Source: Wigglesworthia glossinidia endosymbiont of Glossina morsitans morsitans (Yale colony) (GTDB lineage: Bacteria; Pseudomonadota; Gammaproteobacteria; Enterobacterales; Enterobacteriaceae). From it: a DNA stretch of 32,000 nucleotides. Made by a program: the position numbers and the translations under genes. The notes under the pieces were generated by a model that had not been told where the DNA came from, made no database searches, and saw only the letters and a list, made by a program, of their open reading frames with translations. The DNA lies in NCBI RefSeq assembly GCF_000247565.1, contig NC_016893.1, forward strand, positions 180,001 to 212,000. Direction: 5' to 3'. The first letter of the stretch is position 1. Each line of letters opens with the position of its first letter. Shown here one piece after another: positions 10,112-21,426 of this stretch.

Positions 10112-10609
10112 TTAATTTTTATCATTAACTTTTTTAAAATCTCTTTTTATTTTTTTTTCAACTTGTAAAGTTTTAATATTTAAAATATCTTGATAATTAA
10201 TACGATAACTTTGCCACCACCAGGTGCCTATAAGTATAACGATAATAAAAATAGCAAGCCATGTAATTTTAACGAGCCATATATCTTTTTTTTTATATTG
10301 CTTTAATGATTTAATTTGACTAGTAGCTTTTATTCTAGGAAAGGAACTTTGCATTTTATTATTTATTAATGAAAGTTCTGTTTTAGGTAATTTTACTAAA
10401 TTTGCATATGCTCGAATATATCCGTATAGAAACGTTTGTGATACGTGAGGATGTTCTGCATCGTTTTCTATGTTATCTATTATTGATACTTTTAAACGTA
10501 AAATTTTAGCAATTTCTTTTTGACTTAATCCCAAATTTTCACGTGCTTTTTTTAAAGATTTTCCGATAGTATTAGAAGTTATTTGATTTTTTTTTTCTCC
10601 AATATTCAT
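10112..10609 (-). CDS. rodZ: RodZ, reduced form (cytoplasmic HTH domain + TM only)
   Basis: 165 aa; GKSLKKARENLGLSQKEIAKILRLKVSIIDNIE HTH_25-type domain, TM LVKITWLAIFIIVILIGTWWW; located between ispG and rlmN as in E. coli (pilW absent). Confidence 0.88.
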   Translation of the reverse strand: MNIGEKKNQITSNTIGKSLKKARENLGLSQKEIAKILRLKVSIIDNIENDAEHPHVSQTFLYGYIRAYANLVKLPKTELSLINNKMQSSFPRIKATSQIKSLKQYKKKDIWLVKITWLAIFIIVILIGTWWWQSYRINYQDILNIKTLQVEKKIKRDFKKVNDKN

Positions 10610-10697
10610 TTTTTTAATAGAATTTTTTTATTTTCAATTATGTTCAAAATTTAATTTTGAAAGTGAGTATTATAATTGCAACTTTATATTGTAATCT

Positions 10698-11789
10698 TTA
10701 AGGCATTTTATGCAACATGTTTGTTCTTTTATACATACGATTAGCTACAATTCCTGATAGTTGTCCGCAAGCCGCATTAATTGAATCGCCTCTTTGTTTT
10801 CTAATAGTAGTAATTATTCCGTTTTTTTTTAAAATTTGTGAAAATTTCTTTATTTGATTTTTATTACTAGGTTTATATTGAGATTTAGGAATACAATTCC
10901 ATGGGATTAAGTTTACCTTACATGGAAAATTTTTTAGGCAATTTTTTAATTGATATGCATGATTATCAGAGTCATTAACTTTATTTAGCATAACATATTC
11001 TATAGAAATTTTTCCTTGATTAGCTTTAGATACAGAGATATATTTTTTTGCAGCTGATAGTAACGAACAAATATTATACTTGCGATTAATAGGCATTATT
11101 TGATTTCTTAAAATATCATTTGGAGCATGTAAAGAAATTGCTAATTTTACGTCTAATACTTTTCCAAGATTTTGAATAATATGAGATATACCTGCGGTAG
11201 ATATCGTAATACGTCTTTTAGATAAATTAAAACCGTGATTATCTAAAATTATATTTATTGTAGAAATTAATTGTTTTAAATTTAACAAAGGTTCTCCCAT
11301 GCCCATAAAAACAATATTTGTAATTTTTTTTAATGTATAATTTTTTGTATGGACAATTTTCATTGCATTCCAAATTTGTCCAATCATTTCAGAAGAATCT
11401 AAATTTCTATTAAATCCTTGCATTGCTGTTGCGCAAAAAGTGCAATTTAAAGCGCATCCTATTTGGCAAGATATGCATAAAGTAGCTCGATTTTTTTCTG
11501 GAATATATACAATTTCAATATTTTGATTAGATATCTGCAATATCCATTTGATTGTACCATCCTGTGAAATATATTCAGATATTATTTTTGGTATTTTAAT
11601 TTCTGATTGTATTAATAGTTTATTACGTAAATTTTTATTAAAATTGAAAATATTATTTATGTTATCACAATAATTTTGATACACTGCTTGCATAAATTGA
11701 TTAGCACGAAACTTTTTTTCTCCTAAATTTAAAAAAAATTCCTGTAATTGTAATTTCGTCATTCCAAATAAATTTATTTTTTTGTTCAT
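10698..11789 (-). CDS. rlmN: dual-specificity 23S rRNA m2A2503 / tRNA m2A37 methyltransferase
   Basis: 363 aa; radical-SAM motif CQIGCALNCTFCAT, GMGEPLLN, C-terminal GDSINAACGQL catalytic Cys. Confidence 0.95.
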   Translation of the reverse strand: MNKKINLFGMTKLQLQEFFLNLGEKKFRANQFMQAVYQNYCDNINNIFNFNKNLRNKLLIQSEIKIPKIISEYISQDGTIKWILQISNQNIEIVYIPEKNRATLCISCQIGCALNCTFCATAMQGFNRNLDSSEMIGQIWNAMKIVHTKNYTLKKITNIVFMGMGEPLLNLKQLISTINIILDNHGFNLSKRRITISTAGISHIIQNLGKVLDVKLAISLHAPNDILRNQIMPINRKYNICSLLSAAKKYISVSKANQGKISIEYVMLNKVNDSDNHAYQLKNCLKNFPCKVNLIPWNCIPKSQYKPSNKNQIKKFSQILKKNGIITTIRKQRGDSINAACGQLSGIVANRMYKRTNMLHKMP

Positions 11790-11872
11790 TTTTAATTAAC
11801 TTGTTTAATAAAAAATCTACTTTTAAAAATTGTTTGATTGTATTTATTATCATATTAAAATTTCTTGATGCT

Positions 11873-12301
11873 TTATATACGAGAAAAAATTTCTTTTGTT
11901 TTGAAAAAAAAATTTATTTCTTTTTTAGCTGATATTATAGAATCAGAACCATGTATACTATTTTCAACAATACTGTCAGAATAATCTGATCTTAATGTTC
12001 CAGATAAAGCGAGTTTTGGATTTGTATTTCCCATAATTTCTCTATTTCTTTGAACTGCATTATATCCTTCTAGTACTTGTACTATAATAGGACTCGAACT
12101 AATAAAGTGTATTAAATCTTCGAAAAATGATTTATTTTTATGCTCTATATAAAAAGATACTGCTTTTTCCCAATTTAATTTAATCATTTTAGACGCAACA
12201 ATAAATAGCCCTGCTTTTTCTAAACGGCTTATGATAGAACCAATAGAATTTTTAATTATAACATTTGGTTTAATTATTGATAAAGTTTGTTCAATTTGCA
12301 T
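11873..12301 (-). CDS. ndk: nucleoside diphosphate kinase
   Basis: 142 aa; IEQTLSIIKPNVI, GNTNPKLALSGTLR, NSIHGSDS active-site His. Confidence 0.95.
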   Translation of the reverse strand: MQIEQTLSIIKPNVIIKNSIGSIISRLEKAGLFIVASKMIKLNWEKAVSFYIEHKNKSFFEDLIHFISSSPIIVQVLEGYNAVQRNREIMGNTNPKLALSGTLRSDYSDSIVENSIHGSDSIISAKKEINFFFKTKEIFSRI

Positions 12302-12457
12302 AAAAAATTCCTAAAGTAATTAATTAAATTTACTAATTTAATTTTAAAATATATTTATGTAATTTACTTTATAAAATATTTTCTAAAACTTTCTTGAATG
12401 AACTTATTTAAAATATTAAAAATATATTTATTTTATTTTCAATAAAATTTTATAAAA

Positions 12458-12826
12458 TTATGTATTTTTTTTATAATCGTTTAAAGCTATATATGCCATA
12501 TATGCACTATCTCCCTTTCTGTATCCATTTTTTAATATTCTTAGATATCCTCCTTTTACTTTAATAAAACGAGGCCCTATAGTATTAAATAATTTTGAAA
12601 CAATTTCATTATTTCTAATTTTTGAAAATGCTCCCCTCCGATTCGATAAGGTATCTATTTTTGATAATGTAATTAGAGGTTCAAGAATCTTACGTAGTTC
12701 TTTAGCTTTTGGTAATGTAGTATAAATTATTTCATGACGTATTAATGAAATTATCATATTTCTAAACATAGATTTTCTATGACTAGAATCACGATTTAAG
12801 TGTCTACCTGAATATTTATGACGCAT
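12458..12826 (-). CDS. rplQ: 50S ribosomal protein L17
   Basis: 122 aa; [24 protein letters not shown]. Confidence 0.97.
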   Translation of the reverse strand: MRHKYSGRHLNRDSSHRKSMFRNMIISLIRHEIIYTTLPKAKELRKILEPLITLSKIDTLSNRRGAFSKIRNNEIVSKLFNTIGPRFIKVKGGYLRILKNGYRKGDSAYMAYIALNDYKKNT

Positions 12827-12854
12827 AATTCACCTTAAACAATTTTTTAGAATA

Positions 12855-13835
12855 TTAAGAAATACTATCTGGAGGCCAATTATCAAGACGCATACCAAGA
12901 GTTAAATTACGAGTTGCTAGAACATCTTTAATTTCTGTAAGAGATTTTTTTCCTAAATTAGGTGTTTTTAATAACTCGACTTCGGTTCTTTGTACTAAAT
13001 CTCCGATGTAATGAATAGATTCCGCTTTAAGACAATTTGCAGATCTTACTGTTAATTCTAAATCGTCTACTGGTCTAAGCAAGATAGGATCAAATTCTGG
13101 TTTTTCTTCTTTTATCTCTGGTTGACGAACATCTCTAAGATCAATAAAAGCTTCTAATTGTTCTGATAAAATAGTTGCTGCACGACGAATCGCAGACTCT
13201 GGATCAATAGTGCCGTTTGTTTCCATATCTATAATTAATTTATCTAAATCTGTACGTTGTTCTACTCGAGCGGCTTGCACATTATATGAAATCCTTTCTA
13301 CTGGACTATAGCATGCATCTAATAATAATCTTCCAATAGGACGATCTTCTACGTGCATACGAGAAACTGCTGGTACATATCCACGACCTCTTTGTACTTT
13401 TATACGCATACTAATTGATGAATTTTCATGCGTTAAATGACATATAATATGTTCTGGACGACATATTTCGATGCTTCCATCGTTTATAATATCTGAAGCA
13501 GTCACTTTGCCGATACCAGATTTAGATAACGATAAAATTGCACTATCTTTGTTACTTTGTATAATGACTGCAAGTTCTTTCAGGTTTAATAATACTTCTA
13601 GTATATCTTCTTTAATTCCTTCTTTAATACTATATTCGTGCAATATTCCATCGATTTCTACTTCTGTAACTGCATATCCTGGCATTGAAGACAATAAAAT
13701 TCGGCGCAGAGCATTTCCTAATGTATGTCCAAAACCACGCTCCAAAGGTTCCAACGTTATTCTGGCATGTGTTCTACTAATTTGTTCAATGTCAACTAGT
13801 CTGGGTTTAAGAAATTCTGTTATAGAATTCTGCAT
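12855..13835 (-). CDS. rpoA: RNA polymerase alpha subunit
   Basis: 326 aa; full NTD ([26 protein letters not shown]) and CTD ([37 protein letters not shown]). Confidence 0.98.
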   Translation of the reverse strand: MQNSITEFLKPRLVDIEQISRTHARITLEPLERGFGHTLGNALRRILLSSMPGYAVTEVEIDGILHEYSIKEGIKEDILEVLLNLKELAVIIQSNKDSAILSLSKSGIGKVTASDIINDGSIEICRPEHIICHLTHENSSISMRIKVQRGRGYVPAVSRMHVEDRPIGRLLLDACYSPVERISYNVQAARVEQRTDLDKLIIDMETNGTIDPESAIRRAATILSEQLEAFIDLRDVRQPEIKEEKPEFDPILLRPVDDLELTVRSANCLKAESIHYIGDLVQRTEVELLKTPNLGKKSLTEIKDVLATRNLTLGMRLDNWPPDSIS

Positions 13836-13862
13836 ATTACAATCTCTCTAATATCAAAATTG

Positions 13863-14483
13863 TTATTTTGAATAAAGTTCAACAATTAAATGTTCATTGA
13901 TTTCTGAAGATAACTCTGAACGTTCAGGAAATTTTTTTAATATTCCTTGCATTTTAATTAAGTCAACTTCGATCCAAGATTGTTTTTCTCGTTGTTCCGA
14001 TATTTCTATTGATGCTTGTATACGAGATTGTTTTTTAGAATTAGGATGTATTTGAACAACATCATTGATTTTGAGTTGATACGATGGTATATTGATAATT
14101 TTTTTATTTACTGTAATTGATTTGTGTACTATTAATTGTCGAGATTCTGCTCGAGTTGTTCCAAATCCAATTCTATATACTATATTATCTAATCTATTTT
14201 CTAATATTTTTAATAAATTTTCTCCGGTGTTCCCTTTCATTCTGGAAGCTTTTTTATAGTATCTTTTAAATTGTTTTTCTAATATTCCATATAATCTACG
14301 TACTTTTTGTTTTTCTCTTAATTGTATTCCGTAATCAGATAATCTTGGTTTTTTTATCCCGTGTTGTCCGGGCAATTGATCGATTTTGCATTTTGTTTCT
14401 ATTACCCGAATTCCAGATTTAAAAAATAAATCCGTACCTTCTCTGCGACTTAATTTAAGCATAGGTCCTAAATATCTGGCCAT
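13863..14483 (-). CDS. rpsD: 30S ribosomal protein S4
   Basis: 206 aa; [20 protein letters not shown]. Confidence 0.98.
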   Translation of the reverse strand: MARYLGPMLKLSRREGTDLFFKSGIRVIETKCKIDQLPGQHGIKKPRLSDYGIQLREKQKVRRLYGILEKQFKRYYKKASRMKGNTGENLLKILENRLDNIVYRIGFGTTRAESRQLIVHKSITVNKKIINIPSYQLKINDVVQIHPNSKKQSRIQASIEISEQREKQSWIEVDLIKMQGILKKFPERSELSSEINEHLIVELYSK

Positions 14484-14519
14484 TTATTTGTTTATAACCT
14501 GTATTGAAAAAGTTGAAAA

Positions 14520-14915
14520 TTAAACACGACGTTTTTTTGGCGGACGACATCCGTTATGAGGAATCGGTGTAACATCTGTAATATTAGTAATTCGAAATCC
14601 AGCAGCATTTAAAGCGCGTATTGTAGATTCACGTCCTGGACCTGGTCCTTTAACCATAATTTCTAAATTTTTTATGCCATATTCTTTTGCTATTTCAGAA
14701 CATTTTTCTGCGGCAACTTGTGCGGCAAATGGTGTAGATTTTCTAGATCCACGAAATCCAGATCCTCCAGATGTAGCCCATCCTAATGTATTTCCTTGTC
14801 GATCAGTAATTGTGACAATTGTATTGTTAAAAGATGCATGAATATGCGCTATTCCGTCTAAAATTTGTTTTTTGTTCTTTTTTTTTGCAAATTTAGCGCT
14901 TATTTGTTTAGACAT
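14520..14915 (-). CDS. rpsK: 30S ribosomal protein S11
   Basis: 131 aa; [22 protein letters not shown]...[16 protein letters not shown]. Confidence 0.98.
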   Translation of the reverse strand: MSKQISAKFAKKKNKKQILDGIAHIHASFNNTIVTITDRQGNTLGWATSGGSGFRGSRKSTPFAAQVAAEKCSEIAKEYGIKNLEIMVKGPGPGRESTIRALNAAGFRITNITDVTPIPHNGCRPPKKRRV

Positions 14916-14932
14916 TTTTTTATAATTCCGAA

Positions 14933-15289
14933 TTATTTTTTAATTGCTTTTCTAGGTCCTTTTCTGGTACGTGCATTAGTTTTCGTTCGCTGACCACGTA
15001 CTGGAAGATTTTTTTTATGCCTTAATCCTCGATAAGTTCCGAGATCTATCAGTCTTTTTATATTTAAAGTAACTTCTCTACGTAAATCTCCTTCGATTTT
15101 AAGTTTTGATATTTCTGTACGAATTGATTCTAATTCTAAATTACTTAAAGAATTTACTTTTGTGTTTAATTTTATTCCTGTTTTTTTGCATATTTTTTTC
15201 GAAAGAATATTTCCTATTCCGTAAATATTTTTTAACGCAATTACTATTTGTTGTTTTTCTGGAATGTTTATTCCTGCTATACGTACCAA
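14933..15289 (-). CDS. rpsM: 30S ribosomal protein S13
   Basis: 118 aa; [26 protein letters not shown]...[17 protein letters not shown]. Confidence 0.98.
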   Translation of the reverse strand: MVRIAGINIPEKQQIVIALKNIYGIGNILSKKICKKTGIKLNTKVNSLSNLELESIRTEISKLKIEGDLRREVTLNIKRLIDLGTYRGLRHKKNLPVRGQRTKTNARTRKGPRKAIKK

Positions 15290-15389
15290 TACTGTATTCC
15301 TATACTTGAATGGTTAAAAATTAAATTTATAGACGAGTTTTAATTGTACTAAAAATTAATCTTTTAATCTATAAAATTTATTCATAAAT

Positions 15390-15506
15390 TTATCCTTGAC
15401 GCTGTTTATGTTTTGCGTCAGATATGCATAATACTCGAACTACTCTTTTACGTTTAACAATTTTACAATTACGACAAAACTTTTTTACAGAAGCGCGTAC
15501 TTTCAT
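15390..15506 (-). CDS. rpmJ: 50S ribosomal protein L36
   Basis: Manual translation, absent from ORF track (38 aa): [38 protein letters not shown]; CxxC...C...H zinc-type; sits between secY and rpsM. Confidence 0.97.
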   Translation of the reverse strand: MKVRASVKKFCRNCKIVKRKRVVRVLCISDAKHKQRQG

Positions 15507-15518
15507 AAAATCCTCAGA

Positions 15519-16877
15519 TCATTTAGTAAAATTTTTAAGATTTGCTTTTTTTAATACTGAACTATATTGGCTAGACATAATTAAAGTTTGTACTTGTGTC
15601 ATAAATTCTATAATAACAACTACTACTATTAGTAATGATGTTCCTCCGAAATGAAATGGAGCCTGTACAAATACTCTAAAAAATTCTGGCATTAAACAAA
15701 TTAATGTTATATAAGTAGATCCTATTAAAGTGAGACGCATCATAATTTTATTAATATATTGTGCTGTTTTAACGCCAGGACGAATTCCGGAAATAAATGC
15801 TCCGGATTTTTTTAGATTATCTGCAGTATCTTTTGAATTAAAAACTAATGAAGTATAAAAAAAACAAAAAAATATAATAGCGCATGCATATATAATAGAA
15901 TATGATAAATGTCCTGGTTCTAAATATGCTGCAAGAGATGTTAACCAAGACCATCCAATTCCTCCTCCGAACCACGATGCTATAGTAGCTGGAAACAAGA
16001 TTAAACTAGAAGCAAAAATTGCTGGTATTACCCCTGACATATTGATTTTTAATGGCAAATGTGTGATGTGTGCAGCGTAAATTTTTCTTCCTTTTTGTCG
16101 CATAGCATAATTCACTGTAATTTTACGTTGTCCACGTTCAATGAACACAACAAAAAAAGTAATTATAAAAATTAATGTCATAGATACTAAAATAGTTAAA
16201 ATTTTTAAATCTCCTTGTCTTGCTTTTTCAATAGATTGAATTATGTCTATTGGTAATCCAGCAACAATGCCTGAAAAAATAAGTAACGAAATTCCATTTC
16301 CTATTCCACGTGAAGTAATTTGTTCGCCTAACCACATTAAAAAAATCGTACCAGATACTAAACTGGTAATAGTAGTAATATAAAATTCTAAGCCTTTTTG
16401 TATCACTAATTCTTGCATACCAGGCATATTTGGTAGTCCAATTGCAATGCTCATAGATTGTATGATAGCTAATATCAATGTACTATACCTTGTATATTCA
16501 TTAATTTTACGTCTTCCAAATTCTCCATCTTTTTTTATTTCAGATAATTTTGGATGTATTATCGTTAACAATTGTATAATAATTGAAGCTGAAATATGCG
16601 GCATGATACCTAAGGCAAAAATTGAAGCACGACTTAATGCTCCACCGGAAAACATGTTAAATAATTCAATAATTGTGCCTTTTTGTTGTTCAATTAAATT
16701 TGAAAGTATATTTGTATCGATTCCTGGAATTGGAATAAATGAACCAATACGGAATATAATTAATGCAAAAATTACAAAAATTAATCTATTTTTTAACTCA
16801 AATAAATTATTTTTATTTTTTTTTATATTAAATTGAGATTTTTTTTTATAATTTAGTAAATTATTCAATTTTCCCAC
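15519..16877 (-). CDS. secY: protein translocase subunit SecY
   Basis: 452 aa, 10-TM pattern; [47 protein letters not shown]; GTG start, overlaps the rplO 3' end by 17 nt. Confidence 0.97.
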   Translation of the reverse strand: MGKLNNLLNYKKKSQFNIKKNKNNLFELKNRLIFVIFALIIFRIGSFIPIPGIDTNILSNLIEQQKGTIIELFNMFSGGALSRASIFALGIMPHISASIIIQLLTIIHPKLSEIKKDGEFGRRKINEYTRYSTLILAIIQSMSIAIGLPNMPGMQELVIQKGLEFYITTITSLVSGTIFLMWLGEQITSRGIGNGISLLIFSGIVAGLPIDIIQSIEKARQGDLKILTILVSMTLIFIITFFVVFIERGQRKITVNYAMRQKGRKIYAAHITHLPLKINMSGVIPAIFASSLILFPATIASWFGGGIGWSWLTSLAAYLEPGHLSYSIIYACAIIFFCFFYTSLVFNSKDTADNLKKSGAFISGIRPGVKTAQYINKIMMRLTLIGSTYITLICLMPEFFRVFVQAPFHFGGTSLLIVVVVIIEFMTQVQTLIMSSQYSSVLKKANLKNFTK

Positions 16878-17295
16878 CCGCTAATTCAATTGCACGTTTA
16901 GCGCCTTTACTTGCATATAAATTTTTTACTTTTATTTTTTTATTAAAATTTCTAGAAAAAATTAGTTTTGCTTTTTTAATTTTTAAACTAACAATTTTAC
17001 GTTTTTTTAATAATTTCAGATCTATGATAGTATCTTGAATTTTTTTTAATTGAGATAAGGGTACTTCTTTAATTAAAAGTGATTTGCGAGATATCGTATG
17101 TCCAAATTTTGGTAAACGTCTATATAAAGGCATTTGCCCCCCTTCAAAACCTCTTCGCACTTTACCTCCAGATCGAGATTTTTGACCTTTATGGCCGCGC
17201 CCTCCTGTTTTTCCTGTTCCTGACCCAATTCCTCTGCCTTTACGTTTTTTAACACGTTTGGAATTTGGTGATGGTGAAATAGTATTTAAGTACAC
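16861..17295 (-). CDS. rplO: 50S ribosomal protein L15
   Basis: 144 aa; [43 protein letters not shown]. Confidence 0.97.
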   Translation of the reverse strand: MYLNTISPSPNSKRVKKRKGRGIGSGTGKTGGRGHKGQKSRSGGKVRRGFEGGQMPLYRRLPKFGHTISRKSLLIKEVPLSQLKKIQDTIIDLKLLKKRKIVSLKIKKAKLIFSRNFNKKIKVKNLYASKGAKRAIELAGGKIE

Positions 17296-17297
17296 TT

Positions 17298-17477
17298 TTA
17301 TTCCTCTATTTTGAGCAAATAAGAAATGGAATGTATCATTCCTAGCAATCTTTTAGATTTTTTTCTCTCTACGGTATGTCCAATATGACGCAAACCGATT
17401 CCTATAAGAGTAGATTTATGTTTTTTTGAACAACTAATTACGCTTTTAGTTTGAGTAATTTTGATAAATTTTGTCAT
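17298..17477 (-). CDS. rpmD: 50S ribosomal protein L30
   Basis: Manual translation, absent from ORF track (59 aa): [59 protein letters not shown]; start overlaps the rpsE stop (ATGA). Confidence 0.97.
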   Translation of the reverse strand: MTKFIKITQTKSVISCSKKHKSTLIGIGLRHIGHTVERKKSKRLLGMIHSISYLLKIEE

Positions 17478-17986
17478 TGAAAATTTTTTCCTAATATTTC
17501 TTCAATAGATTTACCGCGTTTTTCAGCAATATATTTAGGAAATTTCATACTTTTTAATGCATTAATAGTAGCTCGTACAACATTAATAGGATTTGTAGAT
17601 CCATAAACTTTTGCTAATACATTATGTATTCCTGAAACTTCTAAAACTGCTCGCATTGCACCCCCAGCAATAATACCTGTTCCTTCTGATGCTGGTTTCA
17701 TAAATACACGTGATCCTGTGTATATTCCTTGAATTTCATGATGCAAAGTTTTAAAAATGATTGGAATTTTTATCATGTTTTTTTTAGCTTTATCCATTGC
17801 TTTTTGAATAGCAGATGGAACTTCTTTGGATTTTCCATAACCAAATCCAATACGTCCTTGGCAATCTCCTACCACAGTAAGTGCAGTAAAACTAAAAATT
17901 CTTCCTCCTTTTACTGTTTTAGAAACACGATTAACAGAAATTAATTTTTCTTGTAATTCTCCGGAATGTTTTTCGATTTTAGCCAT
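17474..17986 (-). CDS. rpsE: 30S ribosomal protein S5
   Basis: 170 aa; [47 protein letters not shown]. Confidence 0.98.
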   Translation of the reverse strand: MAKIEKHSGELQEKLISVNRVSKTVKGGRIFSFTALTVVGDCQGRIGFGYGKSKEVPSAIQKAMDKAKKNMIKIPIIFKTLHHEIQGIYTGSRVFMKPASEGTGIIAGGAMRAVLEVSGIHNVLAKVYGSTNPINVVRATINALKSMKFPKYIAEKRGKSIEEILGKNFQ

Positions 17987-18002
17987 ATCAACCTTCTTAA
18001 TA

Positions 18003-18356
18003 TTAAAAATTTAGTCCAAATTTTCTAGCTGCTTCCGCTAAAGCTTTAACACGACCATGATATTTAAATCCAGAACGATCAAATGCTATTTTTGTAATAT
18101 TTTTATTTAAAGCACGTTCTGCAATTTTTTTACCAATTATTTCAGCAGCTTTTTTATTTCCTGAATTTTTCAATATGCTCATAATTTTTTTCTCTAAAGT
18201 TGAAGCGCTTGCTAATACATACGAACAATCAGGAGATATAATTTGCGCATAAATATGTTTAGAAGTACGATGTATTAAAAGTTTTGATATATTTAATGTT
18301 CTAATTTTTTTACGTGTTTTTGTCGCTCTTTTAATGCGCGCTATTTTTTTTTTCAT
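18003..18356 (-). CDS. rplR: 50S ribosomal protein L18
   Basis: 117 aa; [19 protein letters not shown]...[24 protein letters not shown]-like C-terminus. Confidence 0.97.
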   Translation of the reverse strand: MKKKIARIKRATKTRKKIRTLNISKLLIHRTSKHIYAQIISPDCSYVLASASTLEKKIMSILKNSGNKKAAEIIGKKIAERALNKNITKIAFDRSGFKYHGRVKALAEAARKFGLNF

Positions 18357-18357
18357 A

Positions 18358-18897
18358 TTATTTATTTTTTTTAGTTTCTTTTATTTTGAGAATTTCATAT
18401 GAATATCGAATACCTTTTCCTTTATATGGATCTGGGATTTTATAATTTCTAATATTTGCAGCAAATTGTCCCATTTTTTGCTTGTCAATACTAGTTAAAA
18501 TAATTTCATTTGAACTTGTGCATTTTACAGAAATATTTTCTGGTATATTCACATTGATTATATGAGAAAATCCTAAAGACATAACTAGTTGATTATTAGT
18601 AATATTTGCACGATATCCTATTCCTGAAATGATTAATGTTTTGGTAAATTTTTGAGTTACTCCTATAATCATATTATTTATTATTGATCGCATGGTTCCG
18701 GTCAAAATCCATAAAAAATTAGAGTTTAATTGTTTCGGAGCCAATTTAATTGTATTATTAATTTTTGATATATGAACTCCTGAATGCAATTTTTGATTTA
18801 ATTCTCCATGTATTCCACTAATTGTGATATTTTTTTTTAATATATTAACATTAACTTTTTCTGGAATTAAAATTGGCATTTTAGCTATACGAAACAT
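18358..18897 (-). CDS. rplF: 50S ribosomal protein L6
   Basis: 179 aa; [16 protein letters not shown]...[25 protein letters not shown]. Confidence 0.97.
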   Translation of the reverse strand: MFRIAKMPILIPEKVNVNILKKNITISGIHGELNQKLHSGVHISKINNTIKLAPKQLNSNFLWILTGTMRSIINNMIIGVTQKFTKTLIISGIGYRANITNNQLVMSLGFSHIINVNIPENISVKCTSSNEIILTSIDKQKMGQFAANIRNYKIPDPYKGKGIRYSYEILKIKETKKNK

Positions 18898-18910
18898 TTT
18901 TTCTCCGTAT

Positions 18911-19303
18911 TTATTCTACATAACAGATAATTTCTCCGCCCAGATTAAGATTTCGTGCAGCTTTATCAGTCATGATCCCTTTAGAAGTAGAAATAATAGC
19001 AATTCCCATGCCTGATTTTACTTGCGGCAAAGATTTTTTATTTTTATAAATTCTTAATCCTGGAGAACTAATTCTTTTAATTTTTTCTATTACTGGAGTT
19101 CCTTTAAAATATTTAAGTACTAATTTTAATATAGGTTTTATTTCATTTTTTATTTCATATGATTCTATAAATCCTTCATTTTTTAATACATTAGCAATTG
19201 ATATTTTTGAATTAGAAGATGGCATATAAATAAATTTTTTTTTTGAAATTTGTCCATTTCTAATACGAGTAAGCATATCTGCAATTGGATCTTGTAAACT
19301 CAT
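18911..19303 (-). CDS. rpsH: 30S ribosomal protein S8
   Basis: 130 aa; [18 protein letters not shown]...[39 protein letters not shown]. Confidence 0.98.
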   Translation of the reverse strand: MSLQDPIADMLTRIRNGQISKKKFIYMPSSNSKISIANVLKNEGFIESYEIKNEIKPILKLVLKYFKGTPVIEKIKRISSPGLRIYKNKKSLPQVKSGMGIAIISTSKGIMTDKAARNLNLGGEIICYVE

Positions 19304-19326
19304 AATACTCTCCGATAATTATTTAA

Positions 19327-19632
19327 TTACCAACTCGCTTTACGTAATCCGGGAATTTCTCCTCTCATCGCAGATTCTCTTAGCTTGATTCGACTAAGTC
19401 CAAATTTTCTTAAAAATGCATGTGGTCGAGCAGTTTGACTGCATCGATTTCTTTGACGACATGGACTGGAGTCTCTTGGTAAAGATTGTAATTGTAAAAT
19501 TGCTTTCCATCTGATATCGTTAGATAAATTTTTATCTGTAATAATTTTTTTTAATTTTTTTCTTTTCTTAAAAAAAATATTCGCTAACTTTATTCTTTTT
19601 TTTTCACGTTCTTGTACGGATTTTTTTGTCAC
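19327..19632 (-). CDS. rpsN: 30S ribosomal protein S14 (ORF track extends to 19647; GTG at 19630-19632 gives the canonical 101 aa)
   Basis: [18 protein letters not shown]...[51 protein letters not shown]. Confidence 0.95.
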   Translation of the reverse strand: MTKKSVQEREKKRIKLANIFFKKRKKLKKIITDKNLSNDIRWKAILQLQSLPRDSSPCRQRNRCSQTARPHAFLRKFGLSRIKLRESAMRGEIPGLRKASW

Positions 19633-19643
19633 GTATACACCTC

Positions 19644-20180
19644 TCATTTACTAAATGGAAAAGTAAAGGAAGATAGTAACATATAGCCTTCTTTTTTTGA
19701 TTTTGCAGAAGTAGTAATTGTTATATCTAATCCTCGAATTCTATCAATTTTGTCATAATCTATTTCTGGAAAAATAATTTGCTCTTTAATTCCTATACTA
19801 TAATTTCCAAATTGATCGAAAGATCTTATAGGAAATCCTCGAAAGTCTCGAATTCTTGGTATAGCAATACAAACTAGTTTTTGAAAAAAATTCCACATAT
19901 GTGCGTTTCGTAATGTTACTTTACATCCTACCGGATGACCTTGACGAATTTTAAAACTAGCTAAAGATTTTTTTGCTTTTGTAATATATGGTTTTTGTCC
20001 AGAAATTAATGTTAAATCATTTACTGCATTTTCTAAAAGTTTTTTATCAGAAATAGCTTGACCTACTCCCATATTTAATGTAATTTTAATAATTTTTGGC
20101 ACTTGCATGATAGACTTGTAATTTAATTTATCTTTTAATTTAAATAATATATGATCTTTATAATATTGCTTAAATTGCAT
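19644..20180 (-). CDS. rplE: 50S ribosomal protein L5
   Basis: 178 aa; [32 protein letters not shown]. Confidence 0.98.
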   Translation of the reverse strand: MQFKQYYKDHILFKLKDKLNYKSIMQVPKIIKITLNMGVGQAISDKKLLENAVNDLTLISGQKPYITKAKKSLASFKIRQGHPVGCKVTLRNAHMWNFFQKLVCIAIPRIRDFRGFPIRSFDQFGNYSIGIKEQIIFPEIDYDKIDRIRGLDITITTSAKSKKEGYMLLSSFTFPFSK

Positions 20181-20194
20181 GGTATAAAAATTCC

Positions 20195-20509
20195 TTATTT
20201 AATCAATTTTTTGTTAGATTTAAACATTCGGTATTTTATTCCGTTTTTATTAGTAAATCCAATACGATCTAATTTTTGTGTATCGAAATTAAATATTGCT
20301 AAATTTGATAAAGAAATTGGTTGTTCTTTTTCTATAATTCCACCGGATTGTTGCGTGTTGGGATTAGGTTTTTGATTTTTTTTAACTAAATTGATACCTT
20401 CTACTATTGCTTTTTTAGAATCAATTATTTTTTTAACTTTTCCTTTTTTTCCCTTATATTTTCCGCTTCTCACAATAACTTCGTCATTAATTTTAATTTT
20501 TTTTGCCAT
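20195..20509 (-). CDS. rplX: 50S ribosomal protein L24
   Basis: 104 aa; [25 protein letters not shown] (KOW motif). Confidence 0.97.
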   Translation of the reverse strand: MAKKIKINDEVIVRSGKYKGKKGKVKKIIDSKKAIVEGINLVKKNQKPNPNTQQSGGIIEKEQPISLSNLAIFNFDTQKLDRIGFTNKNGIKYRMFKSNKKLIK

Positions 20510-20530
20510 ATATAAAAATTTTCCGTTATT

Positions 20531-20902
20531 TTATAATACTTCTGGTGCTAAAGAAATAATTTTCATGAATTTTTCTATTCTTAATTCGCGTGTTACTGGC
20601 CCGAAGATTCTGGTTCCGATCGGTTGTTCAGTAGTATCATTCAGTAAAACGCAAGCATTTCTATCAAATCTTATTACTGAACCGTCTGATCTAACTAGTG
20701 CTTTTCGAGTTCTTACTACTACTGCTTTTAAAACTTCTCCTTTTTTTACTTTTGCACGCGGAATAGCATCTTTTATTGCAATTTTTATAATGTCGGCTAT
20801 TCTTGCATAACGTCGACGAGATCCTCCTAACACTTTAATACACATTACGGAGCGTGCTCCGGAGTTGTCTGCTACTGATAATACAGTCTGTACTTGAATC
20901 AT
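20531..20902 (-). CDS. rplN: 50S ribosomal protein L14
   Basis: 123 aa; [28 protein letters not shown]. Confidence 0.98.
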   Translation of the reverse strand: MIQVQTVLSVADNSGARSVMCIKVLGGSRRRYARIADIIKIAIKDAIPRAKVKKGEVLKAVVVRTRKALVRSDGSVIRFDRNACVLLNDTTEQPIGTRIFGPVTRELRIEKFMKIISLAPEVL

Positions 20903-20974
20903 TGTACACCTTTGAGAAAATAAGTTATTAAAAAACTTTAACTTAAGTTAAATTTTATATGAATTTAGATATAT

Positions 20975-21229
20975 TTAAACATTTTTTTTATTAATTTTTT
21001 TCAATTTCCATGATTTTGTTTTAGCAATTGGTCTACATGATTGTATTTCAACAATATCTCCAATCTTACTTACGTTGAGTTCGTCATGTACATGTAATTT
21101 TGTGGTTTTTCTTATAAATTTACCGTATATAGGATGGCGCATTAGTTTTTTTACTGATACAACAATAGATTTCTGCATTTTATTTTTTATTACTTGTCCT
21201 TTAAGGATTGAAATATTTTTCTTTTTCAT
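20975..21229 (-). CDS. rpsQ: 30S ribosomal protein S17
   Basis: 84 aa; [42 protein letters not shown]. Confidence 0.97.
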   Translation of the reverse strand: MKKKNISILKGQVIKNKMQKSIVVSVKKLMRHPIYGKFIRKTTKLHVHDELNVSKIGDIVEIQSCRPIAKTKSWKLKKINKKNV

Positions 21230-21231
21230 TA

Positions 21232-21426
21232 TTATTTTTTTTCCTTTTCTTCATTAAGCAACATTTTTACATGTGCAAGATTACGTCGTACTTCTTTTAA
21301 AAGATGTGTATTTTGCAATTGCCCGCTTCCAGCTTGCATACGTAAATTAAATTGTTCACGCAATAAATTTAATAATTCAGCATTAAGTTCTTTTTTATTT
21401 TTTTTTCTTAGATTTTTTAGATTCAT
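21232..21426 (-). CDS. rpmC: 50S ribosomal protein L29
   Basis: 64 aa; [46 protein letters not shown]. Confidence 0.97.
   Translation of the reverse strand: MNLKNLRKKNKKELNAELLNLLREQFNLRMQAGSGQLQNTHLLKEVRRNLAHVKMLLNEEKEKK

Noticed and set aside
16447-16836. + strand 129 aa ORF antisense to secY
   Set aside because: Shadow ORF of a highly conserved coding frame. The same reasoning applies to 9785-10000, 13471-13851, 15106-15309, 15424-15654, 17073-17255, 17729-17944, 20391-20810, 21460-21705, 23229-23435, 23558-23830, 24345-24656, 24653-24973, 25114-25332 and 29110-29454.
17350-17370. Suspected frameshift in rpmD at an A-run
   Set aside because: On recounting, the run is 7 A and the L30 frame is continuous through [24 protein letters not shown].
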